Notes: generated by a model not told the origin, from the sequence alone. 64,000 nt of DNA from Ignavibacteriota bacterium (GCA_963787835.1 CAWBEI010000002.1:640001-704000); one strand, 5' to 3'. Shown: positions 1 through 10,522, numbered from the stretch's first letter. A program made the numbers and translations.

Positions 1-1566
1 GCTGGCCTCGTAACTATGCTCCATGAACCGGATGAGCGCTAGCTGATACACCGCCTTATCGCTATAGAGCATCGAGCGGTCGAGCGTAAGCTTTTGGAGC
101 GCATCCGCAGCTTCATCGAACATACCGGCCCGCGCTAAGGCAACGCCTGCATAGTAACGGGCACGTTCTGGGAAGTCATTATAGACGAAGAACGATGTAT
201 CGACCGTGTTCTTTGAAAGCACCGACCGATCGATCAATGGAGCGCGATCGTTCGAAGATGCTTCCGACGTAAGCGAGTCATTCAGGAATGGATCGAAATA
301 AATTCCCTGCTCTCGCAACGGGAGTGTCGATTCATGGAGAATGGGATAATGGCGGCGTCCGGTATCCGACACGGCAAGTTCGAGAAATGCCGCAGAGGCA
401 TCCTGATATTTCCCTTGTTGAAATAAGGACCATCCCTTCTCAAATCGCAGCGCATCGGAGACGAACCGCGCCTGCTCCAAAAACGGCGGCCCTTTGAGGG
501 AATCATTCGCATTGTCGATAAGCTCCTCGCCTTTCGATAAGGCTTCGGTAGCTTGCTCATACTGGCCGAGTTCGCTTAATGCACTGCCGCGCAATAGTTC
601 GACCTCACTTAAATAGAACGGAGAGATTAGTTGCTTCGGAATTTCAGGATCAGAACCCGTTCTGGGCGCGCCAGACTTCATCCATGCAACAAGCTGTGAA
701 CTATATTGAAGATCGCGGGCAGAAGTGCGGATTAAATGCAGCGTAATCGGAAAAAGCGAGTCCGCTTTATCCATCGTGGAAAGAACCCCGGTAAAATTCT
801 TCTCCGCCCGTTGCACGGCTCCGAGCCGAAGCAGCGATAGTAACCGCAGCGGACTTTCCGCAATCCTGGAGGTTATTGCAAAATTAGAATCTGCTTCCGC
901 GTGGCGTTGTTCGCGCTCGAAAAGTTCACCCATACGAAAATGGGTCAAAGCAGAAAGGCGCATATCCTCACATCTGGCAACCGTCGCACGATATTCCGTT
1001 TCTGCTTTGCTAAATTCATCCAGCGAGCGGTATCCCTCCGCCTTCCAAAAATGTATTTCAGACTGGAATGGAGTTCGTGCAAGGCTCGTGGTATCTATTT
1101 CATTCAATCGCGCGAGGCCGGACTCAACATCGTTCCTTCGAAGCGGCGTATGGGCATAGAACTCCAGCTCGCCCAGCAGAGCCGCATTCGCTTCCATTGG
1201 GCTGAATGCTGAAGCGCGCGTCTCGATCCGATCAACTTGCGACTCTGCGTGAAATCCCTGATCCCGATCGTATGCCGCGAGCGAGCGAAACAGATCGAGC
1301 GAGAGCAACGGATCGTCAAGGCTACGGTCATCGCCATCGAGCGATTGCATACGCGCCAGCTCCGCCGCACTCTGACTTTCTAAACCATAGGTGCGAAATT
1401 TGTCGAGTGCACTCGTTGTGGTCTCTTCGAATGTTGGCTGGAATACCGCAGAGCGCTCATCGAACGATGAGAGTGGTAGCAATTGGCTACGCGCTGAACG
1501 CGAAAAAAACAAGAGAGCAAGAATGCCCGCCACGAAAAGGCGGGCGGTAAATATGCGAGAGATCAA
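1..1566 (-). CDS. Exported tetratricopeptide-repeat protein (partial, runs off left edge)
   Basis: Not in the ORF track (no stop in window). Manual translation of segments gives a signal-like N-terminus (RLFVAGILALLFFSRSARSQ) and TPR-like helices (FWKAEGYRSLDEFSKAETEY, ARYYAGVALARAGMFDEAADALQ). TTG start at 1566 is tentative. Confidence 0.75.
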   Translation of the reverse strand, partial: MISRIFTARLFVAGILALLFFSRSARSQLLPLSSFDERSAVFQPTFEETTTSALDKFRTYGLESQSAAELARMQSLDGDDRSLDDPLLSLDLFRSLAAYDRDQGFHAESQVDRIETRASAFSPMEANAALLGELEFYAHTPLRRNDVESGLARLNEIDTTSLARTPFQSEIHFWKAEGYRSLDEFSKAETEYRATVARCEDMRLSALTHFRMGELFEREQRHAEADSNFAITSRIAESPLRLLSLLRLGAVQRAEKNFTGVLSTMDKADSLFPITLHLIRTSARDLQYSSQLVAWMKSGAPRTGSDPEIPKQLISPFYLSEVELLRGSALSELGQYEQATEALSKGEELIDNANDSLKGPPFLEQARFVSDALRFEKGWSLFQQGKYQDASAAFLELAVSDTGRRHYPILHESTLPLREQGIYFDPFLNDSLTSEASSNDRAPLIDRSVLSKNTVDTSFFVYNDFPERARYYAGVALARAGMFDEAADALQKLTLDRSMLYSDKAVYQLALIRFMEHSYEAS

Positions 1567-1652
1567 ACGAGCGTGGCCGATGCGGTAAATGATATTGACG
1601 AAACAACCGAAGTAAGGCAAAAATCAGTTCGAATATTTGGCTGTAAATTTGG

Positions 1653-1787
1653 CATGTCATCCTGAGCGGAGCAAGACGAAGCGATAGCGGAGTCTTGCGA
1701 ATTCGAAGGATCTATTGTAACTTTCTGAGATCCTTCGACTCCGTTCGACCCTCCTTCGTCGGGTCGAACTCCGCTCAGGATGACATG
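1653..1787. repeat. Palindromic MITE/REP-like element, family A (GTCATCCTGAGCG...CGCTCAGGATGAC)
   Basis: Perfect terminal inverted repeat CATGTCATCCTGAGCGGAG / CTCCGCTCAGGATGACATG with internal hairpins; relatives at 18522 and 26919. Confidence 0.9.
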
Positions 1788-1797
1788 ATTATGATCG

Positions 1798-2334
1798 CTA
1801 AAGAAAATGAAGTATCTCTTCCAGCCGGTGAATAATTTTCGTCGCCTTCGGGATCTCTTCGGAATGTGGGTTGACAAGATACGCCGTCTTCGTGCAGGCG
1901 CGAGTGCCGGCTTCGATGTCGGAGATGGAATCGCCGATCATCCAACTGTTCGCAAGATCAATATTCCATTTCTCGGCAGCTTCCAGCAGCATTGCGGGCG
2001 AGGGCTTACGGCGTGGCGAAGATTTATCGGCATCCGTGCAATAGAAAATATCATCGAAACGAACACCCGCCTCGCGCTCCATTTCGCGCTGAAGCTCCTC
2101 GTGAACTCGGTTGAGGTCGGCTTCCGACATCAGTCCCATTCCCACCCCACGCTGATTCGTAATGATGATCGCCAGATACCCACGCTGCTTTATGGAACGC
2201 AGCGTTTCGATGACGCCCGGCGAAAGCTCGAATTCATTCCAATGCCGCACATAGCCGCCCAAAATGCGCGCATTGATGACGCCATCGCGATCGAAAAAAA
2301 TGGCTCGGGGTTGGGGTGGGGATGCATTCATCAC
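1798..2334 (-). CDS. gmhB: D-glycero-D-manno-heptose 1,7-bisphosphate phosphatase (HAD IIIA)
   Basis: FFDRDGVIN, ITNQRG, RRKPSPAML and MIGDSISD motifs. Confidence 0.85.
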   Translation of the reverse strand: MMNASPPQPRAIFFDRDGVINARILGGYVRHWNEFELSPGVIETLRSIKQRGYLAIIITNQRGVGMGLMSEADLNRVHEELQREMEREAGVRFDDIFYCTDADKSSPRRKPSPAMLLEAAEKWNIDLANSWMIGDSISDIEAGTRACTKTAYLVNPHSEEIPKATKIIHRLEEILHFL

Positions 2335-2499
2335 GGCATCTCAAACAGGCTGTGTCCTGTTATTGTGTCATAAAACAATGTTTCGAACAGATCAACGAAA
2401 ACATAGGCAATTATTATTGACCTGTAACCTTCGGGATCTACGACCGTCATGTCTTGCATATTCTTTTCACTCCGCGGCAATATCTTTATCCAGTGTTTT

Positions 2500-3186
2500 A
2501 TGAAATATTTTCTTTTTTCTTCATCCGTTTTGAGTTTGATGACTTTTTCTGCCCTCAGTGGTGATGCGCAGCAAAAGTACATCGGCGCGAGAATCGGGGC
2601 AAATCTCGGGAATGAATCACCGTTTTTCTCGGGACCTTTTCAGGGGATAAACACTGGGTTTATTGCTGGAGGACAATTCGATTATTGGTTCGATAATAGA
2701 TGGTCAGTGAGCGCCCAAGTGTTGTTTGACCAAAAGGGGTCCAAAAGGTCTTCCGGCGAATCAGGCACAGACTTTTCCGAATCTGGCACAACTGAATTCA
2801 TTTTGAACTATCTGGAAATTCCAATTTTCTATAAAGTCGCTTTAGTAACTGGGAACATTAGGCCGTATGTCTTCGCAGGGCCAAGTATTGGATTCTTCTT
2901 GTCTGGAAGCCAGAAGATCAATAGTAGATATTTAGTTAACACGCATTCCACTACTATCGATACTACGATGACCTTTAACGACTCGATCGCCAGATATCCC
3001 GACATCTCCGCGGTGCTCGGCGCAGGCATTTCCATCAATTTAAGGACTGGCCAACTATTGTTTCTCGATGCAGCGTATGCTCTGGGTTTAGTAAATATCT
3101 GGAATAATCCTAAGAGCAGCAGTCCTGTTTCTTTAAATTCCCGCGACATTCGTCTCACCGCCGGCATTCTGTTCCCAATGAATTAA
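2500..3186 (+). CDS. Outer-membrane beta-barrel (porin family) protein
   Basis: Signal peptide from ATG 2500; GARIGAN, LFDQKG, LNYLEIPI and PYVFAGPSIG beta-strand motifs. Confidence 0.8.
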   Translation: MKYFLFSSSVLSLMTFSALSGDAQQKYIGARIGANLGNESPFFSGPFQGINTGFIAGGQFDYWFDNRWSVSAQVLFDQKGSKRSSGESGTDFSESGTTEFILNYLEIPIFYKVALVTGNIRPYVFAGPSIGFFLSGSQKINSRYLVNTHSTTIDTTMTFNDSIARYPDISAVLGAGISINLRTGQLLFLDAAYALGLVNIWNNPKSSSPVSLNSRDIRLTAGILFPMN

Positions 3187-3202
3187 ACACCGCGAATTTT
3201 CC

Positions 3203-3858
3203 GTCCCGAAGGGATGCAAGGAAATTGCCGGGGACGTAAGTCCCCGGTTGTAAACGACCGAGAAATTAAAGTCCCGAAGGGACGAAACAACACTGCTACC
3301 GCCGTTCAAAAAATCGCATATCACACTCGATCCCACATGCCTTGAAGATTTCGAGCATCTCTTCTTCAAATGAAAGTTTACGATGGTGCTCCTCCTGATT
3401 CCGAATGTATCCCTCTACCGGCATGAGCGCCGAAGGACTTACCGTAAACGCTCCATATCCATCCTGCCAATGAAAATTTGGAGATAGTTCACTGCGCAGC
3501 CACTTCGAGGAATTTGTTTTGATGGCTTGCACCGTATCTCGAATGGAATCTTCTCTGCCAAGCGAGCAAAGCAAGTGAACATGATCTTCCACACCACCAG
3601 CGACGAGAAGTTTGCATTCGCGTTCCCGAAGGATGCCGCCCATGTAAGCATAGAGCCGGTCTTTCCATTCGGGCCGAATAAGCAGCGCGCGGTGTTTGGT
3701 GCTCCAAACCAAATGATAATAAAGGGCGGCGTAAGAAGAGGGCATAGTTAGGTGATTAAATGAGTGTGGGCTTTCGTCCCTTCGGGACTTGGGGACAAAG
3801 ATACGAACATTGTCCGGGGACTTACGTCCCCGGCTATTTCCTTGCGTCCCTTCGGGAC
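3203..3858. mobile_element. IS200-like element bounded by ~85-bp inverted repeats
   Basis: 3203-3287 and 3772-3858 are near reverse complements. Each has two GTCCCGAAGGGAC/T hairpins and one CCGGGGAC..GTCCCCGG hairpin, and together they enclose a Y1 transposase. Confidence 0.8.
3296..3745 (-). CDS. tnpA: IS200/IS605-family Y1 (HUH) transposase
   Basis: YYHLVWSTKHR, HUH motif in EDHVHLL, WQDGYGAFTVS and catalytic Tyr in YIRNQEEHH. Confidence 0.92.
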   Translation of the reverse strand: MPSSYAALYYHLVWSTKHRALLIRPEWKDRLYAYMGGILRERECKLLVAGGVEDHVHLLCSLGREDSIRDTVQAIKTNSSKWLRSELSPNFHWQDGYGAFTVSPSALMPVEGYIRNQEEHHRKLSFEEEMLEIFKACGIECDMRFFERR

Positions 3859-6800
3859 TATTTCTGTTCCAGCGATTCGAAATATTTGCGGATGAGCGCG
3901 TTGTAGTCTGGGGTGAAGCCGTTCTCTTTTGCGTTGAGGATCTCTTCCTGCAGTTCTTTTTGTGCTTGCGGGGATTTTACGTCAAGGTCGCGCGGCGATG
4001 CGCGGACGACATTCTCACCCGGTTTCGATTCGCGCTCCTGATCCTTATCGCGCTCGTGGACGGAATGCTCGGCTTGCAATAATCGCGATAATATTCGTTC
4101 CTGCCTCTGGATGGTCTCCGGTTTCACGCCATTGGACTTCATATCGCCAATAGACTCCTGCATTTCATCGGCGATCTTGCGAAGTTCATCGGCAGATTGA
4201 TGAATACCGGTCTGCGCCTTGCTTTGCTCATCGGCCATTTGATCGATGGTTTTTTTCGCGGCCTGTTGCTGCGCGGCAAGCCTGCTCAGCTCTGCTTGCT
4301 GCCGCTGCATTTCTTTTTCCGCAGACTGTCCGCCGCCGCCCTTGCCGTTCATCATGGATTGCATTTGATTGTTCATCTCCTGCTGCTGCCCGGCCAGTTT
4401 GTTGATCTGGTCGATAAATTGCTGCATAGCGCCCTGTCCCTGGCCGCCACCGGAACCCGGCTGGTCGCCTTCCTGACCTTCGGAACCGGAACCATCCTCA
4501 CCATCCTGCCCCTCGTCACCGGAACCGTTGGAACCCGATTGACCCTGCTGGCCGAGCTTACCCGCCGCCTTTTGGAATGCGTTCGATGCCTGGTTCAGGG
4601 CCGTCATGGCTTGCTGTGCGCTTTGTGCGGAACTTTGCTGATTGCGGCTCGTCATGGCGTCCTCCGCCTGCTGCATCTCGGCGAATGCCTCGCCCATCTC
4701 CTTGCCCATTTCGGGCGTGACCTCGGTGGATTTTTGCGCGAGCTGCATGGCTTGCGAAGCAGTCTGACCGAGTTCATCTTTTTTCTCGGACTGCTGCTCT
4801 GCAAGATCTCGGAACACATTCGAATTCGGCTGCGCCTCTTTGGACTCGTTCTTTAATTGCTCTTCCGCCTGCGATAGCCTGTTGAGATCCCCCTCGATCT
4901 GCTTCATCTCGCGGATCGTCGCCTGCCGCTGCGTTTCGGACATCTTTCGTTTTAGTTCCGCAAGCTTTTGTCTGGCATTCCTCATTTTTTTGGATGCCGA
5001 TTGGGAATGCTGCGCGCCTTGCTGCATTTGGCCTTGCTGCATATCCTGCTGGGCATCCTCCATATCCTGATCGGTCGAGGGATCGCTCAGCGCTTCGGCG
5101 GCTTCCTTCGTTTCTTCCGGCGCCTGCATACTCTGAGGAAGTTTCTTCATCGCGTCCATGACGGCCTTCATCTCTTCGCGCATACGATCAAGCTCTTTCT
5201 GGGCATCGGCTTGCTTGCGAGCCTCGGCTGCTTTTTCTTCCGGCGTCATTTGCTTGCCTTGATCGAGTTTCTGATGTGCATCGTCTGCGGCTTTTTGCTC
5301 CTGATTCGCTAACTCGCTGGAGGCTTTCATCAACTCATCGACTTTTTGCTCTGCCTGGATCTTTTTCAGAATATTCGCGGTGCGCTCGATGGATTTTCGG
5401 AACTGGTCCTCGTTCTGCTTCATGTTCTGCATCGCCTGCTCGAGCTTTTTCGGGTCGATGTTCTTCTGCATGGCCTGCTGAAGCGCATCCATCGCTTTCT
5501 TTAGCTCCGGGGAATCGATCTGCTTGAACAGATCCTGCAGTTCCTGATATTTCTTCATCGTTTCCGGCGAAAGCGCGTTCTGCTGCTCCATGGATTGCGT
5601 CATCTCCTGCAGATCCTTCGCAACCTGATCGATACGATCATTCAGCTTATTTTGCCGGTCGAGCATTTGCTGCATGTCCTTCTGTTTAGAGAAGTCCTGC
5701 TCTTGTTTAGCAAGATCGCCGGCCTTCATCTGCTTCATTTCATCGAGCGCCGCATCGACTTTTTTCTGAAGCTCTTCGGCATCCTGCTTGATCTCGTTCA
5801 TATCGCGCTGGGCTTTATTGGCTTCATCGTCCGCGCGTTTGAATATTTCCGCGACCGAGGGAACCCGAACCGTGTATTCCGGCGTGCGTGCCGATTTCGG
5901 GCCGGTGACCGCATCGTTATCCGTCACTTCCATCACGTAGGATACTTCATCTTCCGGTCCGATCGAAAGCGGCGTAAGGTTCCAGATATACGGCACGTCT
6001 AATTCCTGCGTGTTGTAATTGGAAAGCGGTACGGTAAGCCAGGTGTAGCTCGTATCGGTAGGCAGATATTTCGATTTCGAAATCCGATAGCCAAGCCGCA
6101 CGCCTCGAAAGCCAAAATCATCGCGAATGCGGGCAAGCATATCGAGGCGTTCGTTATCCGGAAGATCGGCGCGTGCCGACGATGGCTCAACGAGAATGAT
6201 TTCCGGCGGCTGATCCTTCGAGATCGTGACGGTATATTCGATTGGGTGTTCGCTTGCTACTGAATCGCGGTCGAGCAGCTCGACGTGGTAACTTCCCGAT
6301 TGGAGAAATGTTACGCTACCCGTTGCAATGGAATCCTGGATCGAAAGTGAAAAAGTTCTTGAGTTTGTAGTCGAAACGTGTCCAGTGGAATCGACGGTAT
6401 TGAAAACAACTTCAGCATTTACCAGCGCCTTCGAAGCAACAATTCGGAATACCCCCCGTGTACCCGTCACGCCGGCAATATCGCCAATGTTTTCGGTGAG
6501 TGCTGTTGGCTTCAGCCGCGTATAGGGCGGCGGATCGACTTCCACATTCAGCGAGCGAATAATGGGGTGATCGAGCACCGAAATTTGGTAATGATCGGAT
6601 TCAATATCGCGAGCCTCGACAAAATATTCGATCGGATGCTGTGCATGGATCGTATAGGTAAACCCAGATTTTGATCCGAGCGCGACCACGTGAGCAGAAT
6701 CGAATGGGGCAGCGTTTATCACGATCGCATCGAAATCCTTCTGTCCTTCCTCGCGAGTATGCAAGTGAATTTGTTTAAGCTGCTCACCGCGCGTAGCGAT

Positions 6801-7520
6801 CCAAACGATCACAGAATCACCTCGCATCACGCGAGTATTTCCTGGCAATAGCACAAACGTGAATGGAGCAGGCTTCTGATAAAATGTTCGGAAATGCTCC
6901 AGACGCGATGTTGCGGCAAGCATTTCATCGCGAGCTCCTAAGAAGAACGCCGCGCCAATTGCAAGGCTCAACAGGAGAACTACTACAGATCGCTTCAACG
7001 GCCGCTCATCGACGATAGCATTGAAATCGAAACCACGAGCAACCTCATAAGTATTCGAAAATGCCGCCAGTGCAAAATTGGGCGACCCAATCGTAGCCGT
7101 GGGCTTTAGCCCACGGTCGCGGAGTTCACTCCGTGGGCTAAAGCCCACGGCTACGGGCTGCAGCGGCCTCATAAGTTGCAAGACGTTCACAAGCCGGTCG
7201 CTGACGGACGGATAATGGTTACCTATCTGCGCGGCAAGCTCATCATCAGAAGATCGCGGACGAATTCCTAATCGAACAAAGAGCGGTGGAAGTGTAAAAC
7301 CGAAAAACCCAATAACAGAAAGTAGCAAAGCCGACCAGAAAAGCCACGTTCGCCCCACAACAGGAAAATGACCGAGCATTTCCAATACAATGGCCGAAAC
7401 CGTAAGAACAACTACTACCGTCAGGCCGCTCGCGATCCCCGCGCCAAGCGCAACGGACTCCCGCCGCCGCCGAAGCGCAGCTAGACGAGAAAGGAGTTCG
7501 GTATATAATTCTTGTGCCAC
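3858..7520 (-). CDS. DUF4175-like membrane-anchored long coiled-coil protein
   Basis: 1220 aa; N-terminal TM helices, Ig-like middle (DQPPEI, RDDFG, TDNDAVTGPK), Q/E/K/M-rich coiled coil and C-terminal YNALIRKYFESL. Confidence 0.75.
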   Translation of the reverse strand: MAQELYTELLSRLAALRRRRESVALGAGIASGLTVVVVLTVSAIVLEMLGHFPVVGRTWLFWSALLLSVIGFFGFTLPPLFVRLGIRPRSSDDELAAQIGNHYPSVSDRLVNVLQLMRPLQPVAVGFSPRSELRDRGLKPTATIGSPNFALAAFSNTYEVARGFDFNAIVDERPLKRSVVVLLLSLAIGAAFFLGARDEMLAATSRLEHFRTFYQKPAPFTFVLLPGNTRVMRGDSVIVWIATRGEQLKQIHLHTREEGQKDFDAIVINAAPFDSAHVVALGSKSGFTYTIHAQHPIEYFVEARDIESDHYQISVLDHPIIRSLNVEVDPPPYTRLKPTALTENIGDIAGVTGTRGVFRIVASKALVNAEVVFNTVDSTGHVSTTNSRTFSLSIQDSIATGSVTFLQSGSYHVELLDRDSVASEHPIEYTVTISKDQPPEIILVEPSSARADLPDNERLDMLARIRDDFGFRGVRLGYRISKSKYLPTDTSYTWLTVPLSNYNTQELDVPYIWNLTPLSIGPEDEVSYVMEVTDNDAVTGPKSARTPEYTVRVPSVAEIFKRADDEANKAQRDMNEIKQDAEELQKKVDAALDEMKQMKAGDLAKQEQDFSKQKDMQQMLDRQNKLNDRIDQVAKDLQEMTQSMEQQNALSPETMKKYQELQDLFKQIDSPELKKAMDALQQAMQKNIDPKKLEQAMQNMKQNEDQFRKSIERTANILKKIQAEQKVDELMKASSELANQEQKAADDAHQKLDQGKQMTPEEKAAEARKQADAQKELDRMREEMKAVMDAMKKLPQSMQAPEETKEAAEALSDPSTDQDMEDAQQDMQQGQMQQGAQHSQSASKKMRNARQKLAELKRKMSETQRQATIREMKQIEGDLNRLSQAEEQLKNESKEAQPNSNVFRDLAEQQSEKKDELGQTASQAMQLAQKSTEVTPEMGKEMGEAFAEMQQAEDAMTSRNQQSSAQSAQQAMTALNQASNAFQKAAGKLGQQGQSGSNGSGDEGQDGEDGSGSEGQEGDQPGSGGGQGQGAMQQFIDQINKLAGQQQEMNNQMQSMMNGKGGGGQSAEKEMQRQQAELSRLAAQQQAAKKTIDQMADEQSKAQTGIHQSADELRKIADEMQESIGDMKSNGVKPETIQRQERILSRLLQAEHSVHERDKDQERESKPGENVVRASPRDLDVKSPQAQKELQEEILNAKENGFTPDYNALIRKYFESLEQK
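7092..7155. repeat. GTAG-type REP doublet inside the DUF4175 CDS
   Basis: Perfect 25-bp inverted repeat CGTAGCCGTGGGCTTTAGCCCACGG with a 14-bp spacer; each arm is itself a hairpin. Confidence 0.9.
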
Positions 7521-7591
7521 GACTGAGATGAAAAGACTCTGACCAATAGCCTTATGAAACTAACTCCTTGCCTGTTCCAGCCGTTCCGTTG

Positions 7592-7720
7592 TCAGAACCG
7601 TGATTTTGGGGATTAATGGGATGAGTGGGATTTTGATCGAAGCCTTTTCGAAAATAATACTTGTTAGCATATCCTGTCCCGTCCCATAAATCCCAATAAT
7701 CCCATAAATCCCGGTTCTGA
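7592..7720. repeat. Inverted repeat element, family B (TCAGAACC..GGATT / AATCC..GGTTCTGA)
   Basis: TCAGAACCG and CGGTTCTGA ends with ~9-bp-periodic GGGAT/ATCCC motifs; relatives at 26869, 36001 and 38845. Confidence 0.75.
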
Positions 7721-7736
7721 TCCGTATTTTTGCAGC

Positions 7737-9077
7737 ATGAACATCGATCTCCTCGAACCCGGCGCGCCTCCGGGGCTTAACGTGCTCGTCGTTGCCTACT
7801 ATTTCCCACCGATGGGACTCAGTGGCGTGCAGCGAACGATGAAGTTCGTAAAGTACCTGCCGGATTTCGGCTGGCGTCCCATTGTGCTCACCGCCGGTGA
7901 AACACCGTACTACGCCCATGACGATTCCCTCCTCGACGAACTCAGCCCTCTTGTGGATACCGGCTATGTCCGCATTGTTCGGACAGAAGCAAGCGGTGCC
8001 CCGGCGGCAACGTTAGCAAAGAAGGAAGGGAAATCCCTCAAGCTTCCGACGGCACGGTATCAGAGGCTTCGCTCGAAACTGATTCAAACAGTGTATCAGC
8101 CAGATAGCCGCATCAAATGGAAACACCCGGCGCTCCAGGCTGCGGAACAGATCTTTGCAGAAGAGCGCATCGATGCTATTCTGGCAACCGCGCCGCCTTA
8201 CACCGACTTTCTCATTGCGACCGAACTTTCCAAACGGCATAACGTGCCGTTCCTTATGGATTACCGCGATGCATGGGTTTCGAATCCGGTGCTGAATTTC
8301 TACGCAACTCCTTTTCACAAAGCGTATGCTCGTAAGCTGGAAGATGAATGCCTCCGCGCCTCGAACGCCATCACAGTAGCCAGCCGCGCAATGAAAGAGG
8401 TGCTGCTGAAAAACTATAATTTTCTCAATCATGATGAAGTGACGATCATCACGCATGGGTTCGATCCCGAAGATCTGGATAAAGCCTCCGGCCTTATGGA
8501 TAACTATCGCAGTCCCGACAAATTTCGCATGACATACGGCGGTGCGTTTTATGTGGGGCGTTCACCCATCCCTTTTTTCGAAGCCGCACGGATCGCAATC
8601 GAACAGGAACCGGATCTTGGGAATGATCTCGAACTTGTGTTTGCCGGTATCTTGCAAAGTGAATATGTGCGCGCAGCGCAGAAAATGGGTTTGGAAAACA
8701 ATGTGGTGACTACAGGATATTTACCACACATCGAAGACCTTGCGCTGCTGCTTGCAAGTGATGTGTTGTGGATGACGATGTCGGATACCATCAGCGCACC
8801 CGGCAAGCTTTACGAGTATTTCGGCACGCACAAACCGGTTCTCGGGCTCGTGCCACCTGGAAGCCAGGCCGACAAACTCCTGAATGATTATGGCGCGGGG
8901 ATCTCGGTGGCGCCAAAAGATATACATGCCATCGCTGATGTGATTCTCGATCTCTATCGCCGGTGGCGTAAATCGCTTCTGCCCAAAAATATCAATCTTC
9001 CATTCGTCCAGTCGTTTGACCGGCGGATGCTTACCAAAGAAATGGCGAAGCAGTTAGGGCTGATGTTGAGCCCATAA
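7737..9077 (+). CDS. Glycosyltransferase family 4 protein
   Basis: VVAYYFPPMGLSGVQRTMKFVKYL, MDYRDAW and PGKLYEY motifs. Confidence 0.88.
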   Translation: MNIDLLEPGAPPGLNVLVVAYYFPPMGLSGVQRTMKFVKYLPDFGWRPIVLTAGETPYYAHDDSLLDELSPLVDTGYVRIVRTEASGAPAATLAKKEGKSLKLPTARYQRLRSKLIQTVYQPDSRIKWKHPALQAAEQIFAEERIDAILATAPPYTDFLIATELSKRHNVPFLMDYRDAWVSNPVLNFYATPFHKAYARKLEDECLRASNAITVASRAMKEVLLKNYNFLNHDEVTIITHGFDPEDLDKASGLMDNYRSPDKFRMTYGGAFYVGRSPIPFFEAARIAIEQEPDLGNDLELVFAGILQSEYVRAAQKMGLENNVVTTGYLPHIEDLALLLASDVLWMTMSDTISAPGKLYEYFGTHKPVLGLVPPGSQADKLLNDYGAGISVAPKDIHAIADVILDLYRRWRKSLLPKNINLPFVQSFDRRMLTKEMAKQLGLMLSP

Positions 9078-9151
9078 TGGGCTTTTTACAGAATGTCGAT
9101 CAATAGGTGTCGATGCGGAGCCATGAGCGCATCCCGGCTGTTAAGCACGTG

Positions 9152-10522
9152 ATGAAGAAAAATACTTTAGGCTTTCTTGCCACCTGCGGTCTTTTGATAT
9201 TTCTGCCTCAGCGAGGTTTTTCGCAGCATTTGGTTAATATTGCGACGGAGCCACCCGGCATAAAAAATGAGGCCACAGAGAAGCTGTTCCAGCCGGCTCC
9301 TGTCGAGGCCGATACGATCTACCATCTCGATCAGGCGCGCATCATCAAGCAAATGGATGCCACGCCCGACGGATCCCTCTGGTATGTTGTTGATGAGTTT
9401 GCCCATTGGCAATATATCACTATCAATGGCAATCCGTTCCCGGAACGCTATCATGAAATATCCGGAACCGGCACGCGCATCAGCCCGCATGGGGACCATC
9501 TTATTTGGACAGGATTGATGCATGCATTCACGACCAAGGGTTTCGATTCAACAATGTCGTTCCTGTACCAGGATACTTCGTTACTCTTCCGCCAGGTCAG
9601 CGATTATCCTGAACTTGAATTTTCCAGGACCGGTAACCATTGGGCTGCCTTGCTGCCGAGTGCGTTCAATGGACAAACCGGAGATCGTGACTTAGCAATC
9701 GTCGATGGCCGCATCGTGCATAAAGACGAACCTCTCCCTCATCAGTTCTCCTTTTCACATGACGAGCAGCATTGGGCATACCGCTCAACTGATCTCCTTA
9801 AGGAAAACCTTGTTACCGACCGCACCGACTCCGCTATGCTGCTGTACCAATGGCCGTTTCCATCCGCAACTTCCACTTACGATGCAACGATCTGGCGTTA
9901 TAGCCCAGACGTCAAGCGCGATCACGAACGCCTTGCCGGACGCGATTACGATTTTAATTTTACGCACATTGCAAGAGTAAATAAGACAGCCTATTCATCT
10001 CTTTCCGGCGATACCGCGCGTATGTATGTGAATTTTAAGGGAAAGAATGAAGGGCTATACCGCTGGGCTGCACAGTTCCTGATGGACGATTCTGGTAACC
10101 ACCTTGCATATTTCGCTTCCGATCCTGCGATCACACATAAAGATGAAGATGAGCGCCGTGCCGTCGTCGTTTATGATGGGAAGGTATTTGCCGGCCCGTT
10201 CCCCGGAGTGATCCTTCTTTTCATGAGCCCGAGCGGAAAGCATCTTGCGTATTCGCTAACGCTCGAATCTGCAAAATTCTATCTCGATAAGATGGTACTC
10301 GCAAAAACAAGTGCCATTGTTGATGCAGCCTGGTCGCCGGATGAGTCCAAGCTTGCCTTTGTCGCGACCGGAAGCCATGCCAAATATTTTGTGGTTGCGG
10401 GTGGCAAGCGTTCGCCGCTCTTCGAACAGATCGGTCATATCGGTTGGACTCCGGATGGGAAGTCAATCGAGTTCACTGCGGTCAGTAATGGCAGAGTAAT
10501 AAAGGTACGTCAGTCACTTTGA
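9152..10522 (+). CDS. Exported beta-propeller (TolB/WD40-like) hypothetical protein
   Basis: Signal peptide from ATG 9152; repeated SPxGxH(L/W)AY and WSPDESKLAF blade motifs. Confidence 0.65.
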   Translation: MKKNTLGFLATCGLLIFLPQRGFSQHLVNIATEPPGIKNEATEKLFQPAPVEADTIYHLDQARIIKQMDATPDGSLWYVVDEFAHWQYITINGNPFPERYHEISGTGTRISPHGDHLIWTGLMHAFTTKGFDSTMSFLYQDTSLLFRQVSDYPELEFSRTGNHWAALLPSAFNGQTGDRDLAIVDGRIVHKDEPLPHQFSFSHDEQHWAYRSTDLLKENLVTDRTDSAMLLYQWPFPSATSTYDATIWRYSPDVKRDHERLAGRDYDFNFTHIARVNKTAYSSLSGDTARMYVNFKGKNEGLYRWAAQFLMDDSGNHLAYFASDPAITHKDEDERRAVVVYDGKVFAGPFPGVILLFMSPSGKHLAYSLTLESAKFYLDKMVLAKTSAIVDAAWSPDESKLAFVATGSHAKYFVVAGGKRSPLFEQIGHIGWTPDGKSIEFTAVSNGRVIKVRQSL

